From: a virus
Lineage: Duplodnaviria; Caudoviricetes
IMG/VR virus record: IMGVR_UViG_3300042539_001740
Reading direction: 5' to 3' (one strand)
Length of the DNA stretch: 64,000 bases
Shown: positions 39,250 to 49,631 of the stretch, one piece after another
Position numbering within the stretch: the stretch's first letter is position 1
Layout of the letters: every line of letters begins with the position of its first letter
The notes under the pieces: model-generated
Seen by the model: the letters and a program-made list of their open reading frames with translations, nothing else
What the model was told of the DNA's origin: nothing
Databases searched by the model: none
Made by a program: the position numbers and the translations under genes

Positions 39250-39708
39250 ATGGCAAATGGTTTTACATATGGTATAAATTTCCCATTCAAGGATTCTTAT
39301 GAAGGAAATTACTTAAGTTTATCTCAAACAACTGAACAAGAAATCAGAAGTAATTTAATTCATTTATTGTTAACTAGAAAAGGTACAAGATATTATTTAC
39401 CTGACTTTGGAACAAGATTATATGAGTATCTATTCGAACCTTTGGATGGTCCTACTTTTTCTGATTTAGAATCAGAAATTAGAGATTCTGTTGCGGAATT
39501 CATACCTGGTATAACAATAACAAATGTGACTATAACACCTGCCTCGGAGGGTGAAGAAGATAAAGGATACTACATAAATGAAGATAACCAAAGAGAGTTT
39601 AGAGTACCAGGTATTGGACAAATGGAACACACAGCAAAAATAAAAATTGACTACATATCAACTGATACTGCTTTTGAAAGTAGTGACTTTGTAATTATTA
39701 ATATATAA
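39250..39708 (+). CDS. Baseplate wedge protein (gp25/gpW-like)
   Basis: IRSNLIHLLLTRKGTRYYLPDFGTRLYEYLFEP. True start is probably 39250 (MANG), because the track start at 39202 lies in the terminator. Confidence 0.9.
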   Translation: MANGFTYGINFPFKDSYEGNYLSLSQTTEQEIRSNLIHLLLTRKGTRYYLPDFGTRLYEYLFEPLDGPTFSDLESEIRDSVAEFIPGITITNVTITPASEGEEDKGYYINEDNQREFRVPGIGQMEHTAKIKIDYISTDTAFESSDFVIINI

Positions 39709-39712
39709 TTCT

Positions 39713-41551
39713 ATGGCTAACAAAAAAATATCATATACAACCAGAGATTTCCAATCCATAAGAACGGAACTTATTAATTTTACAAGAACATATTACCCAG
39801 ACCTAATTGATAATTTCAATGATGCCTCAATATTTTCGGCTCTATTGGATTTAAATGCTGCGGTTTCAGATAACTTACAATACAATATAGATAGAAGTGT
39901 ACAAGAAACCGTACTACAATATGCACAACAAAGGTCTTCCATTTTTAATATAGCAAGAACTTATGGACTGAAAGTACCTGGTCAAAGACCTTCTGTGGCA
40001 TTGGTTGATTTCTCAATAACAGTGCCTGTTTATGGTGATACTGAGGACTTAAGATATTGTGGTATTTTAAGGAGAGGGTCTCAGGTTAATGGGGCTGGTC
40101 AAGTTTTTGAAACTGTGAGTGATATTGATTTTGCTTCGCCAATAAGTTCGGATGGTGTTCCAAATAGATTAAAAATACCAAATTTTGATTCTAATAATAG
40201 ATTATTAAACTACACCATAGTAAAACGAGAAACTGTAGTAAATGGTACTACAAAGGTATTCAAGAGAGTTATTACCGCAAATGACATAAAACCTTTTTTT
40301 GAGTTGTTTTTACCCGAAAGAAACGTTTTAGGTGTAACGAGTGTTTTACTTAAAGATGGTACTCAATATGCAAATGTCCCTACAGCTGAAGAATTTTTAG
40401 GTTTAGAAAATAGATGGTATGAAGTTAAAGCATTGGTTGAAGATAGGGTATTCATCGAAGACCCAACCAAAGTATCTGACAATCCTGGTATTAAGGTAGG
40501 AAAATATGTTCAAACAAATACAAAATTTATATCAGAATTTACACCTGAGGGTTTCTGTAAATTAACTTTTGGTGGTGGTAGTCAATCAGCAGACGAACAA
40601 TTAAGAGAATTTGCTAGAAATGGTTTTGAATTAAACTTATACAAATATTCAAACAACTTTGCTTTAGGTAGTACATTGAAAGCTAATAGTACACTATTCA
40701 TTCAATATAGAATAGGTGGAGGTACTGGAAGTAATTTAGGTGTAAACGTAATTACTCAGATAGGTACAATAAACTTTAATGTCAACGGACCTTCAACTTC
40801 GGTAAATACAAGTGTAATTAATTCTTTGTCTTGTACAAATGTCACTGCAGCAATTGGAGGAGCACCAGCACCAACTACCGAAGAAGTAAGAAATTTAGTG
40901 ACATTCAACTTTTCAGCACAAAACAGAGCTGTTACAATTAATGATTATGAATCATTAATAAGAACAATGCCTTCACAATTTGGAGCACCAGCCAAGGTTA
41001 CAATCACAGAGGAGAACAATAAAATTAAAATTAAAATGTTGTCTTATGATGAAACTGGTAGATTGACTGAGGTGGTTTCAAACACACTCAAAAATAACGT
41101 AGCTAATTACTTATCGAATTATAGAATGATTAATGACTACATTTCTATCGAAACTGCGAATGTAATCGACTTAGCATTTACGATAGATGTTGTTTTAGAT
41201 AATAGTCAGAATCAAGGTGCCGTAATAACTCAAATAGTTGATAATGTAACTAATTTTATGTCACCTTCAGTTAGAAACTTAGGTGAAAATGTTAATATAT
41301 CAGAATTAAGAAGAATATTACAATCACAGAATGGTGTAATAACTCTATCAAACATATCGGTGTTTAATAAAGTAGGTGGTGAATATTCATCATCTCAAAC
41401 ATCACAAAGGTATTCAGATAGTGAAACTAAACAGATTGAATTAATAGATGACACAATTTTTGCAGAACCTAGTCAAACTTATCAAGTAAGATATCCTGGT
41501 AAAGATATTAGTGTGCGTGTTAAGAATTTGAGTACGGTCAATTTTTCGTAA
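39713..41551 (+). CDS. Baseplate wedge protein (T4 gp6 / P2 gpJ-like)
   Basis: YTTRDFQSIR.EL, AQQRSSI.NIA, YRIGGG..SN, AAIGGA..PT.EE.R, QNRAVT..DY. Confidence 0.85.
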   Translation: MANKKISYTTRDFQSIRTELINFTRTYYPDLIDNFNDASIFSALLDLNAAVSDNLQYNIDRSVQETVLQYAQQRSSIFNIARTYGLKVPGQRPSVALVDFSITVPVYGDTEDLRYCGILRRGSQVNGAGQVFETVSDIDFASPISSDGVPNRLKIPNFDSNNRLLNYTIVKRETVVNGTTKVFKRVITANDIKPFFELFLPERNVLGVTSVLLKDGTQYANVPTAEEFLGLENRWYEVKALVEDRVFIEDPTKVSDNPGIKVGKYVQTNTKFISEFTPEGFCKLTFGGGSQSADEQLREFARNGFELNLYKYSNNFALGSTLKANSTLFIQYRIGGGTGSNLGVNVITQIGTINFNVNGPSTSVNTSVINSLSCTNVTAAIGGAPAPTTEEVRNLVTFNFSAQNRAVTINDYESLIRTMPSQFGAPAKVTITEENNKIKIKMLSYDETGRLTEVVSNTLKNNVANYLSNYRMINDYISIETANVIDLAFTIDVVLDNSQNQGAVITQIVDNVTNFMSPSVRNLGENVNISELRRILQSQNGVITLSNISVFNKVGGEYSSSQTSQRYSDSETKQIELIDDTIFAEPSQTYQVRYPGKDISVRVKNLSTVNFS

Positions 41552-41602
41552 AGATTTATTTTGAATTGTATTGAATTATCTTTTTGAAATGAACGTATAA
41601 AC

Positions 41603-41609
41603 TATTTAT
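41603..41609 (+). promoter_or_regulatory. TATTTAT box
   Basis: 15 nt upstream of ATG 41625. Confidence 0.55.
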
Positions 41610-41624
41610 TTCAAAAGATAATTA

Positions 41625-44600
41625 ATGTCTCAATCATATAGAATAAGAACCGAAGTCGGTAAGGATAAGTACGTAAATGTACTATTAGAACAAGATTTCG
41701 AACAATTAGAAATCCTTTCATTAAAGATTCTTCAAAGTCAAATTTACACTAGATTATGTTCAGATTATGGTGTTGTTGCTGGAAGAATTACCGCTAATTC
41801 AGGGTTCGGTTTACCAAATTGTAAAGTGTCTATTTTCATCCCTCTATCCAATGAGGATGAAAACAATCCTATTATATCTGATTTATATCCCTATAAACTT
41901 TTAAGTGATACTAATGAAGATGGTTATAGATATAATCTATTACCTTATGTTAAATCACATAGTGGACATAACCCGACTGGTTCTTTTCCTGACAGAATAG
42001 ATGTACTTACAGACCCAAATTTAATAGAAGTTTACGACAAATATTATAAATTTACGGTAAAAACAAATGATAGTGGGGACTTTTTAATATTTGGTGTTCC
42101 ATTAGGTACTCAAACAATTCACGTTGATATTGACTTATCTGATATTGGTGAGTTTTCATTATCACCCCAAGATTTAATTAGATTGGGTGTTGCGACCGAA
42201 TCTCAAGTTGCTGGTACAGAATTCAGAACATCGACCGACCTAAATACATTACCACAAATAATAACACTTAATAGAACAATTAATGTTGAGCCATTGTGGG
42301 GTCAACCTGAAGTTTGTACTATTGGAATTACAAGAACTGATTTCGATATTACAGAGGAATCAGGTATAGAAATTACGCCAACAGCAATTTTTATGGGTAG
42401 TATTTTCTCAAATGGTAACGACCAATTTCAAACTCAGAGATGCAGACCAAAATTAAGAAGTGGTGATTTGTGTAACTTAGTTGCAGGCCCTGGTGAAATA
42501 TTAGCAATTAGACAAACAATATTTAATGATGATACAGGAAGACCTGTTTTAGAAACTTTCCCTTTGGAATCAGGAGGTCAAGTTATTGACGATAATGGTG
42601 CTTGGTTGGTTGACGTACCTATGAATTTAGATTATGTCACAACTAATGAGTTTGGTGAAAGAGTAATTTCTAATGACCCAAAAGTTGGTATTCCGACAAG
42701 AGGAAAATATCGATTTAAAATTAAATGGAATCAATCACCTACTTTGTCTGAGGACATAAAAAGAGGTTATTTCTTAGTTCCAAATGTTAGAGAATATGGT
42801 TGGGAAGTAAATGTGGACAAAGACCCCTTAGTTATACAAGATTGGATAACTAACCCATTATCAATACCACCAACTATTGACCCAAACTTTTATCCAAACA
42901 ATGAATTAGCAAAAAAATCGTATTCCTTTAGTTTAGATTGGAATGATTATGTTGACCCTCAAACTGCAATTAATTGCGAAGATACATTTTATTTAATGTC
43001 TTTTAACAAAGTTTACACTGTATCACAACTAATTGACCAATATAGAAGGGGATTTTTACCGAATGAATTCGTTGGAATAAAAAATAATTTAGATGATGCG
43101 TGTGAAAGTGATAACGTAAAGTTTCCAAACAATGATGCAAATTATAGATTTGATTTATTGTATTTGTTAGCACTTGTGGCTATGTTTATTTTTAAACCAA
43201 TTTTATTTGGTTTAGTTCCTATAATTCATATTGTTGCTGCTTTGGTTGCAATTTTAGGGTTCGTATTTGGAATTATTGTTGGGGTTATTTTATATATCGT
43301 TTTACCAATATGTTATGTTATTGCGGGAATTGTCGCTTTTTTGAATTGGTTAGGTGCTGGTTTGGAACCTATTGATTGTATTGACCCTGAAGAGATTAAT
43401 CAAATTATGGACGATATGTTCAATTTGTATAAAAAAATATTGAATATAAATTTACCATTGTTAGTTTATCCCAATTGTGAATTGTGTTCTTGTGAACCAG
43501 GAGGTGAGTTAAGTACCCCACCATCAAGTGTTCAATCCTCAGGTAATTATGTCGCAGCAGCCACAGAAACGGGTGGAAATGGTATTTTATCAACATATAT
43601 GTTACCTACCCAATATGATGTCAAAGATGTTGATGTTCAGTTTAGAAGTGGTATACAAGCTTTATTGGCTGGTGCTGCATATACTCGTGATGAACCATCA
43701 GGTAAGGCAAGAGTCCCCCAATTTTCAAGTTTTGGAACAGATACTACTTGTCCTTCTGTAAGTACACCTGAAGACCCAACAAAAATAGTTTTATTTACTA
43801 ACAACCTCACTTTAGCGGAAAGAATTAATTTATTTAACGTAAAAGCTAAATATTTCGATGAGAATCAAATAACAAATCCTGGTGGAGGTGTAAACAGAAT
43901 TAAAGTAACTTTCAACACACCAAATAATAATCCACTTACAAAATTCCATTTGGATAATATGTTAGTAATTTCTTGTAAAGAAAATACTTTATCAAATTTT
44001 CCAGTTGGTCAAATTATTACGTTCCAAGACCCGAACTTAAGTTCGGATATAAATATTAATGGTTTTACACAATTAAATCAATATGGAACTGGTGCTGTAA
44101 CTGGTTCAACATATCGTCAACAACCTATAGAAAATGTACAATTATCATATGCAAATCCAAATGGTAATGGTTCTATCTCAGTGTTAGGGGGTTATGACTT
44201 ATTTTTCTCAGGAGACCCACAATTCCATAAGTTTCCTATGGATATTGAGTATTTCCAAGTAATTACAGCTATGACCTATTCAAATTATACTGGTCAATGT
44301 CAGTCAGCAAGTTTAAGTAATAATAAAACATTACCACATCGTACTTTAGGTAATGATACATTGTTAAGAGAGGTAAATGGTGTTTACTCTTATAGTTATT
44401 ATCCACCATCACCACCACATCAACAGTTCCCGCCAGCAAGATTATACAATCCTATGAAATTGTATAAAAAAAATACTGAACAAGTTATTGTTTTTCTTGT
44501 AAGAGGTGTTGACCCATATTCAACCAGACAACCTTGTGAATATGATTTGAGTAGATTGTTCGGATATGACTTGGATGTTAACGGACTACCACAAGGTAAC

Positions 44601-46973
44601 GTTATAGTTAGAGGTAATTATAAACTTAATATACCAATACAAGCATCAAATAATAATAATAATCTAAATGGTCTAAGGGCTGTGAGACATAGTTTTGGGA
44701 TAACAAGCACAACCCAAAATATTTTATCTACGTCAGATATAATAACGGGAATACCACTATACTATAATTCTTTTAATTTTGAATTGTCCACAAGTGGTTT
44801 GGCTAAATTTAGTAGTTTTACTTCTGATATGCCAAGTTATTATTCTAGTTTGGACTCATCTGTTCCTGCAAGTTTTAGACCAAACGATGTACCATCAACA
44901 AGTCAAATTAGTTTAAGTAGATTTGCTGAAACACCTTCAGTGTTTTACAACAACTCAGAAGTTTTGAGGGTGAAAAGTCATGCGGCAACCATTAATCAAT
45001 TCGCAAACCCAACCTTACCATTTCAAGGGGGTAATTCACCATATTATTGGGGGTTTTCTGTTGAAATTGATTCATTTTTAGGTACATTTCCTGCTGGTTC
45101 AAACACATCAGGCTGTAATCGTGATTATTTTGGGGCATTACCTAATGATTATCTTTATGATACGAGAGGATACTATGTTAATGAAATTATAGATGGTGGT
45201 TCTTTGATGGGACAAGAAAAATCTCGTATTACAAGTGCAGTATTTGATTTTTATGCTGATGGTTGGTACTTTGCCCCAAGATACAACAATACGTATAATT
45301 TCCAAGCGGCAACAACACCTACGAATGCAAGAAAAATAATAATGCGTTCAGATAGATTACCAACTTCATCAACCGTTACTGATGTACAAGGAAATAGCTT
45401 ACCATTACAAAGTAATCTAATCTTTAGTTTGTTCAGATTAAGTGATAGTGGTTTAACTCAAGGAACTACTGGTACAGCATCATTCATTGGTGGAGGAGCT
45501 GACCCATCAAATTTAGATTTAGTTACCTCTGAGTCAGTTCCCAATCCTGTTTTTGAATCATTTACTTGTGAGAATGCAGTACCATTATTTTGTTATACTG
45601 TAGGTACGAACAACGAAATTTCAATAAAACCTGATGATAACATTTGTTACACAAATGGTGTGACTGGAAAAAAAATAATGAAAAACGGATGTTATCAACT
45701 TATTTCAGAAATCTTGTTATCACTACCTGCTGACCTTTTAATTGTTAATGAATGGACATCAAGGTTATTAGTTAATTTCGGTGCTTGTAGAAATGTGTGG
45801 TCTCATTTATTCGTTAATAATTGGATTAATGGTTCTTTGTATGCGTTTGCATTTAAAAATGACAGAATTTTTGATGCTAATAATGTACCACGTAGTCAAT
45901 ATTGTCGTAGGACATTATATCTACACCCAACAAACAATTTTTATTATAGAAGTAGTCCATACGTAACTGGAACAACGACTGGATTTATTGGTGCACCACC
46001 AAGTACTTTCAACATATTACCTTTCGTACCTGGTATCCCTTTCGGTGGGAATGATAGGAACTTGAAGTTCCCAACAACTATGTTAGATTTAGGTCCTAGG
46101 TCTCAATTTTTACAAGAACTTGTTTTTTCTGATGAATTTGATGGTTATGTTGTTAACAGAATGGATGATTCATCTTATTCTGATGTAAGTGAGATATTAA
46201 ATCTACTTATAATAAGTAGATTAACAAATCTAAGTTTTATTGGTATATTATTGAGTGCTGCAGGTGGAACTATATTTGAATTCTTCTTAAATAATAGAGA
46301 TTTATTTAAAAACCTTGTTGATGCTGATTATGCCCAAATGATATCTATAAGTTCCGAATTAGGAATTTCAGCTTTCGAACCTGCAAATTATCCTACTGAC
46401 CCAAATGGACAAGACCCTATTTATATCAATAGCCCGTTTGCTAGTGATGTTGTAATGGGAATATTTTGGTCAAGTGATACACAAGTTAGAGATTATATAT
46501 CACCAAAAAGAAATATAATCAACACCAATGCTAATTTAGGTTCAATTTGTGGGTTTTCAAATATACCTGTGTTCTCGCAAGAAGTTCCATTCTATCAATG
46601 GCAAATACAACCAAACGCAGATGGTGGTGCTGCTGAGAGTATTTTTGGGTCTCAAGGAAACAATTGGTTTACTAACCCCATTAATAGTAATGGTACTTTT
46701 TTTAGTTCAAACTATCAATCAATGGACAGATTACAACAAACTTCTAGATATTTTAGATATGATAGTAATACTAAAGGTACTGGTTATATTTTTGCTACAG
46801 ACCAAAATGGTGATGAAGATGGTAATAGACAATTATGGTCACACAATAATCCTGACGACAACAACATCACTATTGGTGCACCATTCCACTTCTATTTTGG
46901 TCTGAAAAAAGGAAAAACTTCTTTTGATAGATTTAGAAGAAAATGGATAAAATTTGATACAATAACTGATTAA
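41625..46973 (+). CDS. 1782-aa baseplate-operon protein with an internal ~70-aa hydrophobic (multi-TM-like) segment
   Basis: N-terminal GVVAGRITA..G..LPNCKVSIF resembles a carboxypeptidase-regulatory-like beta-sandwich. Hydrophobic stretch at 43149-43364. Function unknown. Confidence 0.6.
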   Translation: MSQSYRIRTEVGKDKYVNVLLEQDFEQLEILSLKILQSQIYTRLCSDYGVVAGRITANSGFGLPNCKVSIFIPLSNEDENNPIISDLYPYKLLSDTNEDGYRYNLLPYVKSHSGHNPTGSFPDRIDVLTDPNLIEVYDKYYKFTVKTNDSGDFLIFGVPLGTQTIHVDIDLSDIGEFSLSPQDLIRLGVATESQVAGTEFRTSTDLNTLPQIITLNRTINVEPLWGQPEVCTIGITRTDFDITEESGIEITPTAIFMGSIFSNGNDQFQTQRCRPKLRSGDLCNLVAGPGEILAIRQTIFNDDTGRPVLETFPLESGGQVIDDNGAWLVDVPMNLDYVTTNEFGERVISNDPKVGIPTRGKYRFKIKWNQSPTLSEDIKRGYFLVPNVREYGWEVNVDKDPLVIQDWITNPLSIPPTIDPNFYPNNELAKKSYSFSLDWNDYVDPQTAINCEDTFYLMSFNKVYTVSQLIDQYRRGFLPNEFVGIKNNLDDACESDNVKFPNNDANYRFDLLYLLALVAMFIFKPILFGLVPIIHIVAALVAILGFVFGIIVGVILYIVLPICYVIAGIVAFLNWLGAGLEPIDCIDPEEINQIMDDMFNLYKKILNINLPLLVYPNCELCSCEPGGELSTPPSSVQSSGNYVAAATETGGNGILSTYMLPTQYDVKDVDVQFRSGIQALLAGAAYTRDEPSGKARVPQFSSFGTDTTCPSVSTPEDPTKIVLFTNNLTLAERINLFNVKAKYFDENQITNPGGGVNRIKVTFNTPNNNPLTKFHLDNMLVISCKENTLSNFPVGQIITFQDPNLSSDININGFTQLNQYGTGAVTGSTYRQQPIENVQLSYANPNGNGSISVLGGYDLFFSGDPQFHKFPMDIEYFQVITAMTYSNYTGQCQSASLSNNKTLPHRTLGNDTLLREVNGVYSYSYYPPSPPHQQFPPARLYNPMKLYKKNTEQVIVFLVRGVDPYSTRQPCEYDLSRLFGYDLDVNGLPQGNVIVRGNYKLNIPIQASNNNNNLNGLRAVRHSFGITSTTQNILSTSDIITGIPLYYNSFNFELSTSGLAKFSSFTSDMPSYYSSLDSSVPASFRPNDVPSTSQISLSRFAETPSVFYNNSEVLRVKSHAATINQFANPTLPFQGGNSPYYWGFSVEIDSFLGTFPAGSNTSGCNRDYFGALPNDYLYDTRGYYVNEIIDGGSLMGQEKSRITSAVFDFYADGWYFAPRYNNTYNFQAATTPTNARKIIMRSDRLPTSSTVTDVQGNSLPLQSNLIFSLFRLSDSGLTQGTTGTASFIGGGADPSNLDLVTSESVPNPVFESFTCENAVPLFCYTVGTNNEISIKPDDNICYTNGVTGKKIMKNGCYQLISEILLSLPADLLIVNEWTSRLLVNFGACRNVWSHLFVNNWINGSLYAFAFKNDRIFDANNVPRSQYCRRTLYLHPTNNFYYRSSPYVTGTTTGFIGAPPSTFNILPFVPGIPFGGNDRNLKFPTTMLDLGPRSQFLQELVFSDEFDGYVVNRMDDSSYSDVSEILNLLIISRLTNLSFIGILLSAAGGTIFEFFLNNRDLFKNLVDADYAQMISISSELGISAFEPANYPTDPNGQDPIYINSPFASDVVMGIFWSSDTQVRDYISPKRNIINTNANLGSICGFSNIPVFSQEVPFYQWQIQPNADGGAAESIFGSQGNNWFTNPINSNGTFFSSNYQSMDRLQQTSRYFRYDSNTKGTGYIFATDQNGDEDGNRQLWSHNNPDDNNITIGAPFHFYFGLKKGKTSFDRFRRKWIKFDTITD

Positions 46974-48793
46974 TGGGAAATATTAACTATACAAGAGTTG
47001 TTTTGGGGTCTTTGAGGTATAAGTCAGCGCCAAATACTGATTTATCCTTTCAGATTCCATTTAAGAGTACTCAACGTGAGTTGATAGAGTACGATAGGAG
47101 TGCTGATATAAATTTACAACAAGTATTCCAAGATGAAAGGGAAGCTTCAAATTTGTTCAGACCATCTTGTAAATTTAATGTAGTATTCAAAAATGGTTAC
47201 ACAGGTACAACCAATTACAGACCTTTCGAACGAAACTTGTATTACACCAATGCTGAAGAAGTTATAAGTTCTAGATGTGTATATAATAATAATAGTTCAC
47301 CTTTACCTTGGGGTGGTTTTCCACTATATAATGAATTTGATTTTATACGAAACGATTACAATGTTTCAGGTTACACAACATCACCAAATAATCATATAAA
47401 TTTTGTAGCAAGTAGTGCAAGTACGTATAATTGGAATTTCTTTTTATCGTATGGGTATGATAATGATTATACCAAGGAACACACTGCAACCTTTTTGATA
47501 CCTGATGATATAAATCCTTACTATGAGACAGTTAATTGGGTAGTAGGTGATGGTATCCCCTTCGTATTGACAAAAGGAACTTTCAATGGTAGAAATGTTT
47601 TAAGATTTAGATGTCCAATAAAACATGGTATGGATGTGGGTGAATATGTTCAACTAAGTTCAAATTTTACTTACGATAATAGTAGATTATTTCAAGTTTA
47701 TAGTTTGGGGGATTATAGTTATGGTTCTGAAGAGTATATTTTTAATTTGGTTGATTATGGATACACCGGAACAACATTCAGTGTTGGACTAAAAGGAACT
47801 GCTAAAAGAGTTTTAAATCCAAATAACGTCACTGATACAATCTCAGAGTATTATGTTAGAAAACACAAAATAGTTACAAATGTTAATGATGCTTTATTAG
47901 TTAAAACTGGTTTTGAAGAAAATAGTTACAACAATGTAAAGAAGTATGAAAGTAGTGGTTTTACCCCTGATGGCCAGGCAAGAGTTTCTGTTAAGGAGGG
48001 AGGTCAAGCATATTCATTAACCTTCAATAAAAAAATAGATATTGGTTCTTTATTAGACAATCAACGAAGACCATTAACAGAATTATTTTTTACGGTAATT
48101 TGGAAGGGATATTTTGGATGGACTTTGGGCATGCCTAAAATTTCACCCCAAACTGGTTTCTACGGATTAAAACAAGGATGGGAATTCAATTTACCCTTAG
48201 ATACAACAACTAATCAACCTAGTCCTTGGTGGCAAAATTCAGAATCTAGGTCTGAAACAAATTTTCCGATTGGAACATATACAACAACTCAAACTTCACA
48301 ACCTCAGTATGGATTTACATATGTTGAAACTCTAAATGAGGGGGATGAGATGGATGGTGAGATATGTGAGTGGAATAATTTTGCCCAAACTGAAAGAATG
48401 ATTGTAGACATATATCATAAAATACGATTTAATCCTTTTGTTTTTGCAACTAACTCAAACACGATAGATAACCTCAATTCTAGAGGTTATTATTATAAAC
48501 CATTTTATAGTTTACCAATACGTGTTTTTTCTGATTATATTGAGGATGGTAATTTTAACACAATAGTTGGTGTACCCGATTACGCATATTTCTCAACATC
48601 ACAAAATACCTTTAGATGGAGGGATTTATATCCATATGGCTTTGTTGACTCAACTGGATTGGGTTATGATTATCCATTTTTAAATGGTGTTCATTATCCT
48701 TATGACAATTATACTTTTAGAATAATACCTGAAGGAACTAATTATACAGAACAAACTATAATAACTCAACCAACAATAGATAATTGTGAATAA
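46973..48793 (+). CDS. Hypothetical structural protein (606 aa)
   Basis: Long ORF, translationally coupled (TAATG), within the baseplate operon. Confidence 0.7.
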   Translation: MGNINYTRVVLGSLRYKSAPNTDLSFQIPFKSTQRELIEYDRSADINLQQVFQDEREASNLFRPSCKFNVVFKNGYTGTTNYRPFERNLYYTNAEEVISSRCVYNNNSSPLPWGGFPLYNEFDFIRNDYNVSGYTTSPNNHINFVASSASTYNWNFFLSYGYDNDYTKEHTATFLIPDDINPYYETVNWVVGDGIPFVLTKGTFNGRNVLRFRCPIKHGMDVGEYVQLSSNFTYDNSRLFQVYSLGDYSYGSEEYIFNLVDYGYTGTTFSVGLKGTAKRVLNPNNVTDTISEYYVRKHKIVTNVNDALLVKTGFEENSYNNVKKYESSGFTPDGQARVSVKEGGQAYSLTFNKKIDIGSLLDNQRRPLTELFFTVIWKGYFGWTLGMPKISPQTGFYGLKQGWEFNLPLDTTTNQPSPWWQNSESRSETNFPIGTYTTTQTSQPQYGFTYVETLNEGDEMDGEICEWNNFAQTERMIVDIYHKIRFNPFVFATNSNTIDNLNSRGYYYKPFYSLPIRVFSDYIEDGNFNTIVGVPDYAYFSTSQNTFRWRDLYPYGFVDSTGLGYDYPFLNGVHYPYDNYTFRIIPEGTNYTEQTIITQPTIDNCE

Positions 48794-49631
48794 CAACAGA
48801 TATTATATAACATTACCAGTAACCTCACAAGAGATAAACATACCAATAGAAATTACAGAAGATTTCTTAGGAAGGTCTGATAGTATTGAACTTTATGAAG
48901 ATGAGGTTTTGGGTCAAGTTATTGGTATTCCATTTGATTTTGAAGTTGGTAGATATTCACATAATGAATATTCACCAACAAACACACAAACATCAGTTAA
49001 CTACGAATTCTACTTTTATAGTGGAAATCCTAACACTTTGAGTGCAACAACATGCCCTTTATCAAGTTCACCTGATTTAACACTTTGGGGGAATAATTAT
49101 TTGGCTGAAGGTTTCAATTCAAAAGAATTGTATTACTTTGCTAACTCTTTTGCAAATTCGTTTTTCAAACTTGATTTTTACGATAGACCTGACGAAAAAA
49201 ACCAAACTAATTATTTTACCGTAATAATACCAACTCAACAAGGTTTTACGACAACAGCGTCAATTTCACCTTACATAGCACCAGTACAAGTTAAAATACC
49301 AAAGTATAAATTGGATTTTGTTGGTGACAAAGAGGGTTTCTTTTTTTATTGGTTAAATGTACCACAATTTTTGACATTAGATACTTTTTATATGTCAATG
49401 AAATTTTTTGATGCAAAGTTGGGTGTTTTTGTAAGAATGATGAATGAACCTCAATGTCGATTACCAAACAAATACCAATTTGATTCAAGTATATATTTTT
49501 ATAATAAAGTGAAACTGAATTACGATACAAAAAAATATGAAATTTTTGATGGTAAAAATCATAATAATAGAATAGGTACAACGACAAATCCTATGAAGTG
49601 GTACGAATATGTTAATCCACCAAATTTATAA
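48786..49631 (+). CDS. Hypothetical structural protein (281 aa)
   Basis: Coupled ORF in the operon. Confidence 0.7.
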   Translation: MNNNRYYITLPVTSQEINIPIEITEDFLGRSDSIELYEDEVLGQVIGIPFDFEVGRYSHNEYSPTNTQTSVNYEFYFYSGNPNTLSATTCPLSSSPDLTLWGNNYLAEGFNSKELYYFANSFANSFFKLDFYDRPDEKNQTNYFTVIIPTQQGFTTTASISPYIAPVQVKIPKYKLDFVGDKEGFFFYWLNVPQFLTLDTFYMSMKFFDAKLGVFVRMMNEPQCRLPNKYQFDSSIYFYNKVKLNYDTKKYEIFDGKNHNNRIGTTTNPMKWYEYVNPPNL

